From Desulfobacterales bacterium (GTDB taxonomy: Bacteria; Desulfobacterota; Desulfobacteria; Desulfobacterales; SURF-7): DNA of 61,701 nucleotides. The stretch covers positions 1 through 61,701 of the forward strand of contig JABHLN010000006.1 of the NCBI GenBank assembly GCA_018693105.1. The letters are read 5' to 3'. The notes under the pieces were generated by a model that worked only from the letters and a program-made list of their open reading frames with translations, made no database searches and was not told the DNA's origin. Shown one piece after another: positions 51,389-60,460 of the stretch. The position numbers were made by a program, and so were the translations under genes. The stretch's first letter is position 1; each line of letters opens with the position of its first letter.

Positions 51389-51489
51389 AAAAAAAAAGCC
51401 ACAAACTTTGAGGGACTTTTAATTCCATCTCAAACCTTCGTGGCTGTTTTAATAATTTAAAATTTTTTGCCTATCGGGCTTCATACCCG
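51389..51489 (-). ncRNA. Candidate cis-regulatory leader, copy 2
   Basis: CGGG-TATGAAG-CCCG, 29 nt, AGCCACGAAGG..TTTGTGGCT + T-tract, ending about 20 nt before the ATG. Confidence 0.55.
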
Positions 51490-51497
51490 TTAAAAAA

Positions 51498-51526
51498 AAA
51501 CTATTATAATCAATCAATTTTGTCAA
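51498..51526 (-). promoter_or_regulatory. Sigma70-like promoter of the CbiL-like gene
   Basis: TTGACA-17 nt-TAGTTT immediately 5' of leader copy 2. Confidence 0.55.
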
Positions 51527-51553
51527 TATCTATTTTCTTAAACACTCACCTTT

Positions 51554-51711
51554 GATTAACTCGTAAAAAGTCAACTCGGGATGGCAAAGTAAAAAGTTCA
51601 AGATCAGGGCGGCGCAAAATTCGAGGAATGAGGTGTACTTAAAGTACGACGCAGTGATCCCGCCATGGCGGGACAGCGTAACGCAGACATTGAACTTTTT
51701 ACGAAGCCATC
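51554..51711 (+). mobile_element. MITE-A sister-subfamily copy (158 bp) with 16-bp palindrome
   Basis: Same doubled left end and CTTTTTACGAAGCCATC right end, different core; flanks ACCTTT/ACCTTA. Confidence 0.85.
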
Positions 51712-51828
51712 ACCTTAATACCGGTACTTTTATATATCAGGCCTTCAACTCCTAACTTTAAAATGTGTCGCTACAATCTTTTATGGTTTCAGAAATTTTA
51801 TTATAAATATCCATTTCTTGATTTATCC

Positions 51829-51859
51829 TTGACAGGAAATTATGTGTTGTCTATATAAT
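51829..51859 (+). promoter_or_regulatory. Probable promoter of dsrTMKJOP
   Basis: TTGACA at 51829 and TATATAAT 17 nt later. Confidence 0.5.
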
Positions 51860-51959
51860 CTTTTGGTCAGAATTCCGGTGAAATATCGGATTTATTTGAA
51901 TATGGGTGATTTCTTCAGGTCTCTAATTGAGACATGAAATATTGGAGTTACATTTAATA

Positions 51960-52502
51960 ATGTTACTGAATAAGCTCCTTGAGCATAAAAAAAAAGAGAT
52001 TGTTAAAAAATGGTTTGAAATAATTGCTTCAACCTATCCTAACGATACTGCCGGATTTTTAAAAAAGGAAAAAGACAGTTTTGCAAATCCGGTTGGAAGC
52101 ACAAACATACAGGGCCTTGGTGCTGTTCTTGATGAATTAATCAACGGTCCTGACCGGGAAACAATTACATCTTTTCTTGATCCCATTATCAGGATAAGAG
52201 CTGTTCAGAAATTCACTCCTTCAGAAGCTGTCTCGTTTACAATAAGTTTAAAGAAAATTATACGAGACACTCTTGCCAGGGAAATCGTTGAACAAAACCT
52301 GGAAAAAGACATACTTGAATTTGAATCAAAAATTGACGATCTTTGTCTGATCGCTTTTGACATATTCATGGGGTGCCGGGAACAGATATATAAATACAAG
52401 GCAAACCATGTAAAAGATAGAACCCTTAAATTATTGCAGAAGGCGGATTTGTTGTGTGAAGTTCCGGATATGGACTCGGATATCACACCGCGTAATTTTT
52501 AA
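51960..52502 (+). CDS. dsrT: DsrT (RsbRD N-terminal domain)
   Basis: FANPVG, IIRIRAVQ.FTPSEAV, AFDIFMGCREQIY; directly before dsrM. Confidence 0.92.
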   Translation: MLLNKLLEHKKKEIVKKWFEIIASTYPNDTAGFLKKEKDSFANPVGSTNIQGLGAVLDELINGPDRETITSFLDPIIRIRAVQKFTPSEAVSFTISLKKIIRDTLAREIVEQNLEKDILEFESKIDDLCLIAFDIFMGCREQIYKYKANHVKDRTLKLLQKADLLCEVPDMDSDITPRNF

Positions 52503-52623
52503 TATACCACGGCTGAAACAATTTATGTTTACCGGGTCATAAGCACTAAGCAGTAGCCGGTATTGAAAAATATGAATCAACATATATAAATTGTTAGAAA
52601 GCCATAAAGTGAGGTAAATGTAA

Positions 52624-53673
52624 ATGAATGGAAATTATATATTTTCCCTCATAACTGTTGTTGTCCTCGGCTTACTTGCCTTTTTTGGTACGACAGTCTT
52701 CGGGCTTCAATACTTATTCGGGGTTATTGTACCCTATGCATGCGTCATATGGTTTGTTTTCGGGATTTTAAAACGTATGCTTGGTTGGGCAAACTCTCCT
52801 GTTCCATTTCGCATAACGACAACATGCGGCCAGCAAAAATCCCTGCCATGGATCAAGCAAAACAGGATTGACAACCCTTCCACAGGTATCGAGACAATAA
52901 TCAGAATGATCCTGGAGATCGTACTCTTTCGCTCATTATTTAGAAATACAAAAAGCGATATCACGGCATCAGGAAAAGTTACTTATATTTGGGAAAAGTG
53001 GCTTTGGGTTGGCGCCCTTGCTTTTCACTACTCCTTTCTGGTTGTAATCGTAAGGCATATGCGTTTTTTTACCGACCCTGTTCCATACCTGATAAGCATG
53101 TTGGAATACTTCGACAGTCTATTTAAGATTGAGTTTGTCGGTGAGGTTGTGGGTACATCCCTGCAGATCGGTTTACCGGGATTTTTTATATCCGGCCTGG
53201 TTCTTCTTGCAGCAATACTTTTTTTGTTCTCTAGAAGAGTCCTTATCTCACAGGTCAGGTACATTTCACTGCCCGCTGATTTTTTCCCGCTTTTCCTGTT
53301 AATGGGTATCGCCGGTACAGGTATATTTATGAGATATTTTTCAAAGGTTGATATCATAAGTATAAAAGAACTCACCATGGGACTGGCTACTTTTTGTATA
53401 CCCGATGGTGCTGTTTTAGCAGGTTTGAGTTCGGTTTTTTATATTCACCTGTTCCTTGTTTGTATTTTGCTGGCTTATTTCCCTTTCAGCAAGCTTATGC
53501 ACATGGGTGGAGTCTTTTTAAGCCCCACAAGAAACCTCCCAAACAACAGCCGTGCACGTAGACACATTAATCCATGGAATTATCCTGTAAAAGTTCATAC
53601 ATATGATGAGTATGAAGATGAATTCAGGGAGAAAATGATAGAAGCTGGGCTTCCAGTTGAAAAGGAGTCATAA
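52624..53673 (+). CDS. dsrM: DsrM cytochrome b subunit
   Basis: PFRITTTCGQQ, FHY..RHMR, YFPFSKLMH, SPTRN. Confidence 0.97.
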   Translation: MNGNYIFSLITVVVLGLLAFFGTTVFGLQYLFGVIVPYACVIWFVFGILKRMLGWANSPVPFRITTTCGQQKSLPWIKQNRIDNPSTGIETIIRMILEIVLFRSLFRNTKSDITASGKVTYIWEKWLWVGALAFHYSFLVVIVRHMRFFTDPVPYLISMLEYFDSLFKIEFVGEVVGTSLQIGLPGFFISGLVLLAAILFLFSRRVLISQVRYISLPADFFPLFLLMGIAGTGIFMRYFSKVDIISIKELTMGLATFCIPDGAVLAGLSSVFYIHLFLVCILLAYFPFSKLMHMGGVFLSPTRNLPNNSRARRHINPWNYPVKVHTYDEYEDEFREKMIEAGLPVEKES

Positions 53674-55307
53674 TGGTAGATGTTCCAAAACCCGAAGAAT
53701 TAATAAAAGTTGATAATAAGCCTCCGGCAAAAGGATGGATGGATGTTCCACCTGATATCTCTGCCGGGAAATACCCGTACCCTGCGCAACCCAAATCATT
53801 GAAATACCTCGATCTTCCCAATCCAAGGGACTGGTCTCCTCTTGATGACGACTGGCAGCTGCCGGAAAACTGGAAAGAGATTGTACATGAGGGCTTGAAA
53901 GAACGTCTTGATAAATACAGATCGTTAAAAGTCTTCATGGATACCTGTGTAAGATGCGGCGCATGTGCTGACAAATGCCACTTCTATATAGGTTCCGGTG
54001 ATCCTAAAAACATGCCGGTACTAAGAGCCGAACTATTAAGATCAATTTACAGAAATGATTTTACTGCAGCCGGGAAAATAATGAGTTTATTCCCGGGCGG
54101 CAAACGACTTGCAGGTGCACGGACTCTTACAAAAGACATAATCAAGGAATGGTTTTCCTATTTTTATCAATGTTCTGAATGCCGCAGATGTTCTGTGTTC
54201 TGTCCTTACGGCATCGATACTGCGGAAATCACTATGATGGGAAGAGAGCTTCTCAATCTTCTCGGGATAAATATCCACTGGATCAAGGATCCGGTATCCA
54301 ACTGCTTCAGAACAGGAAACCATCTTGGAATTCAGCCGCAGAACTTCAAGGAAATAGTTGAATTCTTCTGCGAAGATATTGAAGAGATAACAGGGGTTAC
54401 GATCAATCCATCCTTTAACAGGAAGGGGGCTGAAATACTCTTTATCACCCCGTCCGGAGACGCATTTGCAGATCCGGGAACATATACATTCATGGGTTAC
54501 CTGCTTCTTTTCGAACACATCGGGCTTGATTACACATTCAGTACATATGCATCCGAAGGCGGAAACTTCGGTCTGTTTACATCAGCCGAAATGATGAAAC
54601 GCTTGAATTCAAAGATGTATGCAGAAGCCAGCAGACTTGGTGTAAAATGGATACTGGGTGGAGAGTGCGGTCATATGTGGCGGGTCATTAATCAGTATAT
54701 GGATACAATGAACGGACCCGCAGATTTTCTTGAAATGCCGGTTTCACCGATTACCGGGACAAAATTTGAAAATGCGGCTTCAACAAAAATGGTTCATATT
54801 GCTGAATTTACAGCTGATCTTATAAGACATAATAAGCTTAAGCTTGATCCGAGCAGAAATGATCACCTGGTTGTTACCTATCACGACTCGTGCAACCCGG
54901 CTAGGGCTATGGGGCTGTTTGAAGAGCCTCGATACGTTATAAATAATGTATGCAACAACTTTTATGAAATGCCTGAAAGCACTATCAAAGAAAACACATT
55001 CTGCTGCGGAAGCGGATCAGGTTTGAACACTGAAGAAATTATGGAAACCAGACTGCAAGGCGGTCTGCCTAGAGCAAATGCCGTAAAACATGTTCACGAC
55101 AAAAACGGAGTCAACATGCTTTCCTGCGTTTGTGCCATTGACAGGGCTGTTTTCCCTCCCCTTATGGATTACTGGGTTCCGGGTGTTGATGTTACCGGAG
55201 TTCATGAACTCGTTGGTAACGCTCTTGTAATGGAAGGTGAAATTGAGAGAACAACCAACTTGCGATTCGAACCCTTAGGAGATACGGAGGGTGATTCTGA
55301 TGAATGA
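53673..55307 (+). CDS. dsrK: DsrK Fe-S/CCG catalytic subunit
   Basis: CVRCGACADKC, CSECRRCSVFCP, GECGH, HDSC, CCG. Confidence 0.97.
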   Translation: MVDVPKPEELIKVDNKPPAKGWMDVPPDISAGKYPYPAQPKSLKYLDLPNPRDWSPLDDDWQLPENWKEIVHEGLKERLDKYRSLKVFMDTCVRCGACADKCHFYIGSGDPKNMPVLRAELLRSIYRNDFTAAGKIMSLFPGGKRLAGARTLTKDIIKEWFSYFYQCSECRRCSVFCPYGIDTAEITMMGRELLNLLGINIHWIKDPVSNCFRTGNHLGIQPQNFKEIVEFFCEDIEEITGVTINPSFNRKGAEILFITPSGDAFADPGTYTFMGYLLLFEHIGLDYTFSTYASEGGNFGLFTSAEMMKRLNSKMYAEASRLGVKWILGGECGHMWRVINQYMDTMNGPADFLEMPVSPITGTKFENAASTKMVHIAEFTADLIRHNKLKLDPSRNDHLVVTYHDSCNPARAMGLFEEPRYVINNVCNNFYEMPESTIKENTFCCGSGSGLNTEEIMETRLQGGLPRANAVKHVHDKNGVNMLSCVCAIDRAVFPPLMDYWVPGVDVTGVHELVGNALVMEGEIERTTNLRFEPLGDTEGDSDE

Positions 55308-55689
55308 TAAATTAAAGGTTATAGCAGGGCTGATAGTCTTTTTTGCTATTTTCTCTTATCCGTTTTGGAATAATATTTTTAACAAGGAAAATCCTGAGCA
55401 TAAACCGGTTTTATCAGCAGAAGCGGAAAAAGCGAAAGAATGTGTGAGATCAAAAGATTATATGACCAAAGAGCATATGCAACTTCTTGATATCTGGAGA
55501 GACAAAGTTGTGCGTAGCGGAGAAAGAGTATACAAATATGGAAATGGCAAAGAATATAACATGAGCCTTTCAAATACCTGTCTTGGCTGTCATACAAGCA
55601 AGGCGGAGTTTTGTGACAGATGTCACGATTATGCTTCGGTAAAACCCTATTGTTGGGATTGTCATATAGATCCAAAGGAGAATAAGTGA
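55300..55689 (+). CDS. dsrJ: DsrJ triheme cytochrome c
   Basis: Three CxxCH motifs; HMQLL..WRD. Confidence 0.97.
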   Translation: MNDKLKVIAGLIVFFAIFSYPFWNNIFNKENPEHKPVLSAEAEKAKECVRSKDYMTKEHMQLLDIWRDKVVRSGERVYKYGNGKEYNMSLSNTCLGCHTSKAEFCDRCHDYASVKPYCWDCHIDPKENK

Positions 55690-56486
55690 TGAAAAACAGC
55701 CGGAGAAGCTTCTTAAAAATTGCTGGAATATCAGCCATCGGGTTCAGTATGACACCTGTTGTAAATGTCTTTGCAAGTAGCGGACAGGAAGGAAATAAAC
55801 CTGAGCCCTCTTATTCTGTAAATAAAAAAGCTCTTAAGGCAAAAAGGTGGGGTCTTGTTATTGATACCCGCAAACTGTCTGAAGAAATTGTAGAAGAACT
55901 TGGAAAAACTTGCAGTAAGATACACAATATTCCGGAAATAAAAAATAAAGACCATGAAATTAAATGGATATGGGGAGAGGAATTTAAACATGCATTTCCC
56001 GGTAAGGAAAATGAATTTCTTGATGAAAGAATGAAACATTTATCCATGCCTGTTCTTTGCAATCATTGCAAAGATGCTCCATGTGTAAGAGTTTGCCCAA
56101 CTAAAGCTACATTTAAAAGGCCTGACGGAATTGTACTGATGGACTTCCACAGATGTATTGGTTGTCGTTTCTGTATGGCTGCATGTCCATATGGATCACG
56201 GAGCTTCAATTTTATTGATCCTCGAACAGTGCTCCCCAAGGACAGGAAAGAATGGAATCTGGAATTCCCTACAAGAATGAAAGGTGTTGTGGAAAAGTGC
56301 AACTTTTGTGCAGAACGCCTTGCTGTTGGAAAAACACCGGCATGTGTTGAAGCATCACATGGTGCGCTTGCATTCGGAGACCTTGAAGATCCAAAGTCAG
56401 AAGTCAGAAAGTTATTGAAATCAAATTACACCATTAGACGTAAACCGAGTCTTGGAACAGGACCGTCGGTTTACTATATAGTATGA
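55689..56486 (+). CDS. dsrO: DsrO periplasmic Fe-S protein
   Basis: Tat signal SRRSFLK; CNHC..CVRVCP, CIGCRFCMAACP, KCNFC. Confidence 0.97.
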   Translation: MKNSRRSFLKIAGISAIGFSMTPVVNVFASSGQEGNKPEPSYSVNKKALKAKRWGLVIDTRKLSEEIVEELGKTCSKIHNIPEIKNKDHEIKWIWGEEFKHAFPGKENEFLDERMKHLSMPVLCNHCKDAPCVRVCPTKATFKRPDGIVLMDFHRCIGCRFCMAACPYGSRSFNFIDPRTVLPKDRKEWNLEFPTRMKGVVEKCNFCAERLAVGKTPACVEASHGALAFGDLEDPKSEVRKLLKSNYTIRRKPSLGTGPSVYYIV

Positions 56487-56493
56487 GGTGGTT

Positions 56494-57651
56494 ATGCTTG
56501 AAAAAGCCTTAAAAGGAAGCAATAAGTACTGGATATGGATATTTTGTTTGCTTGGAGTCATCGGAATAGGTGCTCTTACTTATATTAACCAGTATCGTGT
56601 GGGGCTGGGAATAACCGGCATGAGCAGGGATGTATCCTGGGGGTTTTATATTTCCCAGTTTACCTATCTTGTTGGTGTCGCAGCCGGAGGTGTTATGCTT
56701 GTATTGCCATATTACCTGCATGACTATAAGAAATTCGGTAAAATCACCATACTTGGTGAATTCCTTGCTGTTTCAGCGCTAATCATGTGCCTGCTGTTTA
56801 TTGCAGCAGATATGGGGCAACCGGTCAGGGCCTTTAACATGCTTATGCACCCGACACCGGGCTCAGTACTTTTCTGGGATGCATCAGTTTTAAACGGTTA
56901 TCTTTTTCTAAATATTATAATCGGCTGGAATGTTCTTGAAGCCGAGCGTAATGGAGTACCTACAGCAGGATGGGTAAAACCGCTTATTTATCTTTCAATC
57001 CCATTCGCATTTGGAATTCATACTGTTACAGCTTTTCTTTACTGCGGACTTCCGGGTAGAGGATTCTGGCTTACAGCAATACTTGCACCAAGATTCCTTG
57101 CTTCAGCCTTTGCAGCAGGACCTGCTTTTATTATCATTCTGTCATTTATAATTAAAAAAGTAACTAATTTTGATGCCGGTAAAGAAGCTATTCAGACAAT
57201 TTCTAAAATAGTCACATATGCATTAATTGCTAATGTATTCTTTTTACTCTGTGAAGTTTTTGTTGCATTCTACAGCAAGATTCCGGAACATACAGCGCAT
57301 CTTAAGTATCTGTTTGTAGGACTTCACGGCCATGGTGTTCTTGCCCCATGGATGTGGACTTCAATTGCTCTTATGCTTATAGCCATTCTACTTCTCCTTA
57401 TCCCGGCTACAAGAAGTAATGAGTTCGTTCTCGGCATTACATGCGTTTTCGTTTTAATAGGAACATGGATTGATAAGGGCCTTGGCCTGATTGCAGGTGG
57501 TTTTGTACCTTCCCCCCTCCATCATGTAAATGAGTATATCCCCACGATAAAGGAAATTTTTATTGGCCTGGGCATATACGGCATCGGATTTTTAATTCTT
57601 ACCGTGCTTTTTAAAATTGCAATTACAATCAGGGAAGAGGTTGACGCATAA
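56494..57651 (+). CDS. dsrP: DsrP NrfD-family membrane subunit
   Basis: TGMSRDVSWG, IHTVTAF, APRFLASAF. Confidence 0.97.
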   Translation: MLEKALKGSNKYWIWIFCLLGVIGIGALTYINQYRVGLGITGMSRDVSWGFYISQFTYLVGVAAGGVMLVLPYYLHDYKKFGKITILGEFLAVSALIMCLLFIAADMGQPVRAFNMLMHPTPGSVLFWDASVLNGYLFLNIIIGWNVLEAERNGVPTAGWVKPLIYLSIPFAFGIHTVTAFLYCGLPGRGFWLTAILAPRFLASAFAAGPAFIIILSFIIKKVTNFDAGKEAIQTISKIVTYALIANVFFLLCEVFVAFYSKIPEHTAHLKYLFVGLHGHGVLAPWMWTSIALMLIAILLLLIPATRSNEFVLGITCVFVLIGTWIDKGLGLIAGGFVPSPLHHVNEYIPTIKEIFIGLGIYGIGFLILTVLFKIAITIREEVDA

Positions 57652-57678
57652 AAAACGCTTACATTTAATTAAATTTTC

Positions 57679-57720
57679 AACAAGGGGGATCATTATCGAA
57701 ATGACCCCCTTGTTTTTTTT
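57679..57720 (+). terminator. Intrinsic terminator of the dsr operon
   Basis: CAAGGGGG.TCATT..AATGACCCCCTTG followed by T8. Confidence 0.85.
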
Positions 57721-57818
57721 ATGAGATATGAAATAATTTGGGATATAATTTATCTTTAATCGTCCTTAACCGAAACAAGGAAAATGAGCACCTATAAATA
57801 ATCTTTTTAAAGTTATAT

Positions 57819-59123
57819 ATGAATTCGAAAAACAAAAATACCAATCTTGTCAACGCACTAGTATCCAACACTGAGGGTGAAATCTTTGACCTTGAGGGAT
57901 ATGCTGCTGTGGGCATGGCCGGACAACAGCTTGTACCTCTCACATGTGAAAATACAATCAAAATGCCATTCGGGGGAGAGCTTATGTTCCTTCCTGATAG
58001 AATACCCTTGTTGTATAACATGAATGAAGAACGAATAGAGTTAATCGATACAAACCCTTATTTTCCTGAAGAACCAATTTTTCCTGTAGCTGCTTTCAAC
58101 TCACCTGGTTATGTCAATTCTTATGCATGTGCTTACGAAGAAGATGATGACGCTGATTTTCTTCCCCTTTTTTCATATGGCGCTGTGGGCTGGCATGATG
58201 AAAGCTTCAGATCATCTGTTATCCTTGTTGACAGTGAAAGGCGCCAGGATCTGAGACTCATGAAACCTGAAAAGGTTAAATCAGGCGTAAAAGAAATCAG
58301 AAAAAAAATGCCCTCAAACCGTCTTGAAAAGCACCTTGAAAAATGCGCTCTTGAATATGGTTGTCCTGCTGCAAAGAACTTCTTTTTAGGAAGGTACGAA
58401 GCGCCCCTGCCCACTTCAGTCTCCTGCAATGCAAACTGCCTTGGATGTATATCACTTCAAAAAGAGAAAAGGGTGTCGGTTTGTCAGGAAAGAATATCTT
58501 TTACTCCCAAACCGGAAGAAATAGCTGAAATAGCACTGGAACATATAAGTAAAGTAAAAAATTCAGTGGTGAGCTTCGGACAGGGGTGTGAAGGTGACCC
58601 GATATTTGCCGCACATGTTATTGAACCTGCAATAAAAATCATTCGATCTCAAACACCTGACGGCACCATAAATATGAACACAAATGCCAGCAAACCTGAT
58701 GTAATTGAAACCTTGTTCAATGCAGGACTTGACACCATCAGGGTAAGTATAAACAGTGTAAGAGAAGAATGCTATGAAGCATATTTCAGACCAAACGGCT
58801 ATACCATTTCAGATGTGAAAAAAACCATTGATACTGCAAACAGGATGGGCAGGTTAGTTTCAATAAACTATCTTAATTGTCCGGGATTTACCGACTCGCC
58901 TGAAGAAATTGACGCTCTTTTTAATTTCCTGGAAAACCATACGATTAGTCTTATACAGTGGCGAAATCTAAATTTTGATCCCGCCAGATATTATAAGATA
59001 ATGTGCGATGTTTCCGCCAACACCACACCAATTGGATTAAAAAAGGTTCTTGAACTTATCAGAAAATCATTTCCGGATGTAAAACATGGATACTTCAACC
59101 CCCCTAAAGAAAAAATGATTTGA
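57819..59123 (+). CDS. Radical SAM protein
   Basis: CNANCLGC, SFGQGCEGDP, NTNAS. Confidence 0.9.
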   Translation: MNSKNKNTNLVNALVSNTEGEIFDLEGYAAVGMAGQQLVPLTCENTIKMPFGGELMFLPDRIPLLYNMNEERIELIDTNPYFPEEPIFPVAAFNSPGYVNSYACAYEEDDDADFLPLFSYGAVGWHDESFRSSVILVDSERRQDLRLMKPEKVKSGVKEIRKKMPSNRLEKHLEKCALEYGCPAAKNFFLGRYEAPLPTSVSCNANCLGCISLQKEKRVSVCQERISFTPKPEEIAEIALEHISKVKNSVVSFGQGCEGDPIFAAHVIEPAIKIIRSQTPDGTINMNTNASKPDVIETLFNAGLDTIRVSINSVREECYEAYFRPNGYTISDVKKTIDTANRMGRLVSINYLNCPGFTDSPEEIDALFNFLENHTISLIQWRNLNFDPARYYKIMCDVSANTTPIGLKKVLELIRKSFPDVKHGYFNPPKEKMI

Positions 59124-59124
59124 T

Positions 59125-60063
59125 ATGAACTGGATTGAAATAAAAGTTATATACCATAGTGACGACAATCTGGATATATCTGATATAATATCAAATATTT
59201 TCTATGAATTCGGACTGTCAGGGGTTGTTATTGAAGAGCCCGGTATCGAACCTGAAGAAGGCTGGGGCGACGATGCAATAAAACCTTCTGGCAATTATTC
59301 AGTTGCGGGGTATTTTCCTAACAACAACCTTTACGAAAAAAGACGTCTTGCACTTGAAGAAAAACTCATCATCCTCAAGACTGAAAACCATATTGATACC
59401 GTTATAAAATACACCGAACTTGACGAGGAAGACTGGTCTGAATCATGGAAGGAATATTTCTGGCCTGAGAAAATAAGCGATAGAATTGTCGTTAGGCCCA
59501 CCTGGCGTGATTACACCCCAGAAAAAGATGAAATTATTATTGATATTGATCCGGGAATGGCATTTGGCACCGGAACACATCCAACAACATCTCTTTGCAT
59601 AAATACTTTAGAAAAATATCTAAAACCAGGCGGTTCAGTTTTAGATGTAGGAACAGGATCTGGCATTTTACTGATAGCCGCAGGTAAACTCGGCGCAAGC
59701 AAATTATGCGGGATTGATAATGATGAAGTGGCTGCCGAGATCGCGAAAAACAATCTTTTGTTAAATGGTTTTGATACATCAGATTTTGAAATAATTACAG
59801 GAGATCTAATAAAAAAGATTGAAGTTAAGTTTGATATTGTTGTAGCCAACATTCTTTCAGGGGTTATTATTAATCTGCTTGATAATATTAAAAGCGTTAT
59901 ACATGAGAATAGTATTTTGATCTTTTCAGGAATAATTGAAGACAATAAAGATTCGGTATTAAAGAAGATGAAAGAAACAGGATTGGAGATAGTTGAAGTT
60001 ATTTCAAAAGAGACCTGGGTATCAATAACAGGAAGACCAATTCCAGAAGATTTACTATCTTAA
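59125..60063 (+). CDS. prmA: Ribosomal protein L11 methyltransferase
   Basis: DPGMAFGTGTHPTT, LDVGTGSGIL, VANI, SGI. Confidence 0.97.
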   Translation: MNWIEIKVIYHSDDNLDISDIISNIFYEFGLSGVVIEEPGIEPEEGWGDDAIKPSGNYSVAGYFPNNNLYEKRRLALEEKLIILKTENHIDTVIKYTELDEEDWSESWKEYFWPEKISDRIVVRPTWRDYTPEKDEIIIDIDPGMAFGTGTHPTTSLCINTLEKYLKPGGSVLDVGTGSGILLIAAGKLGASKLCGIDNDEVAAEIAKNNLLLNGFDTSDFEIITGDLIKKIEVKFDIVVANILSGVIINLLDNIKSVIHENSILIFSGIIEDNKDSVLKKMKETGLEIVEVISKETWVSITGRPIPEDLLS

Positions 60064-60352
60064 AAAATTAAGCCAATTTAAAAATCTCAGTTTCCAAAAA
60101 ATATTCTCATAATCTTACCCCAGAGCAAGCTCATTTGATACCAATTTTCTATTTCATAAAACTATCAAAATACATTAGTCAAAACAGCTTAAGTCCCAAG
60201 AGATTTTTTATAGTTAAATATTCAGACTCCCAGATATATTTGAATTGACAAAATTGAGAAATGAGTCTCACTATGTTTTTTTCAGTAAGTTGTTTCTTGA
60301 TAACCCAAAAAACACAACCTTAATATTTTCACAAAGCATACAGATATCATGC

Positions 60353-60460
60353 GAGACTGTCGAAAAAGCCCCAAAATGGCAATTTTAACAATTTTGCATG
60401 TAATAAAATCAACAGGTTACGAACATCAAAATCACAGAATTAGGGTTTTTCGACAGTCTC
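60353..60460 (+). mobile_element. MITE-B copy 1 (108 bp)
   Basis: Perfect 15-bp terminal inverted repeats GAGACTGTCGAAAAA / TTTTTCGACAGTCTC; TGC on both flanks. Confidence 0.88.

Noticed and set aside
50408-51445. AGC CAY GAA GGY as a conserved Ser-His-Glu-Gly leader peptide
   Set aside because: In copy 1 a stop codon lies three codons upstream with no start; base pairing explains the conservation better
1-51711. The repeat family as a CRISPR array
   Set aside because: Copies are ~150 bp, dispersed over kilobases and TSD-flanked; no regular spacers and no cas genes
60250-60270. Fur box TGAGA-N6-TCTCA
   Set aside because: Spacing is one base off consensus and there is no clear target gene
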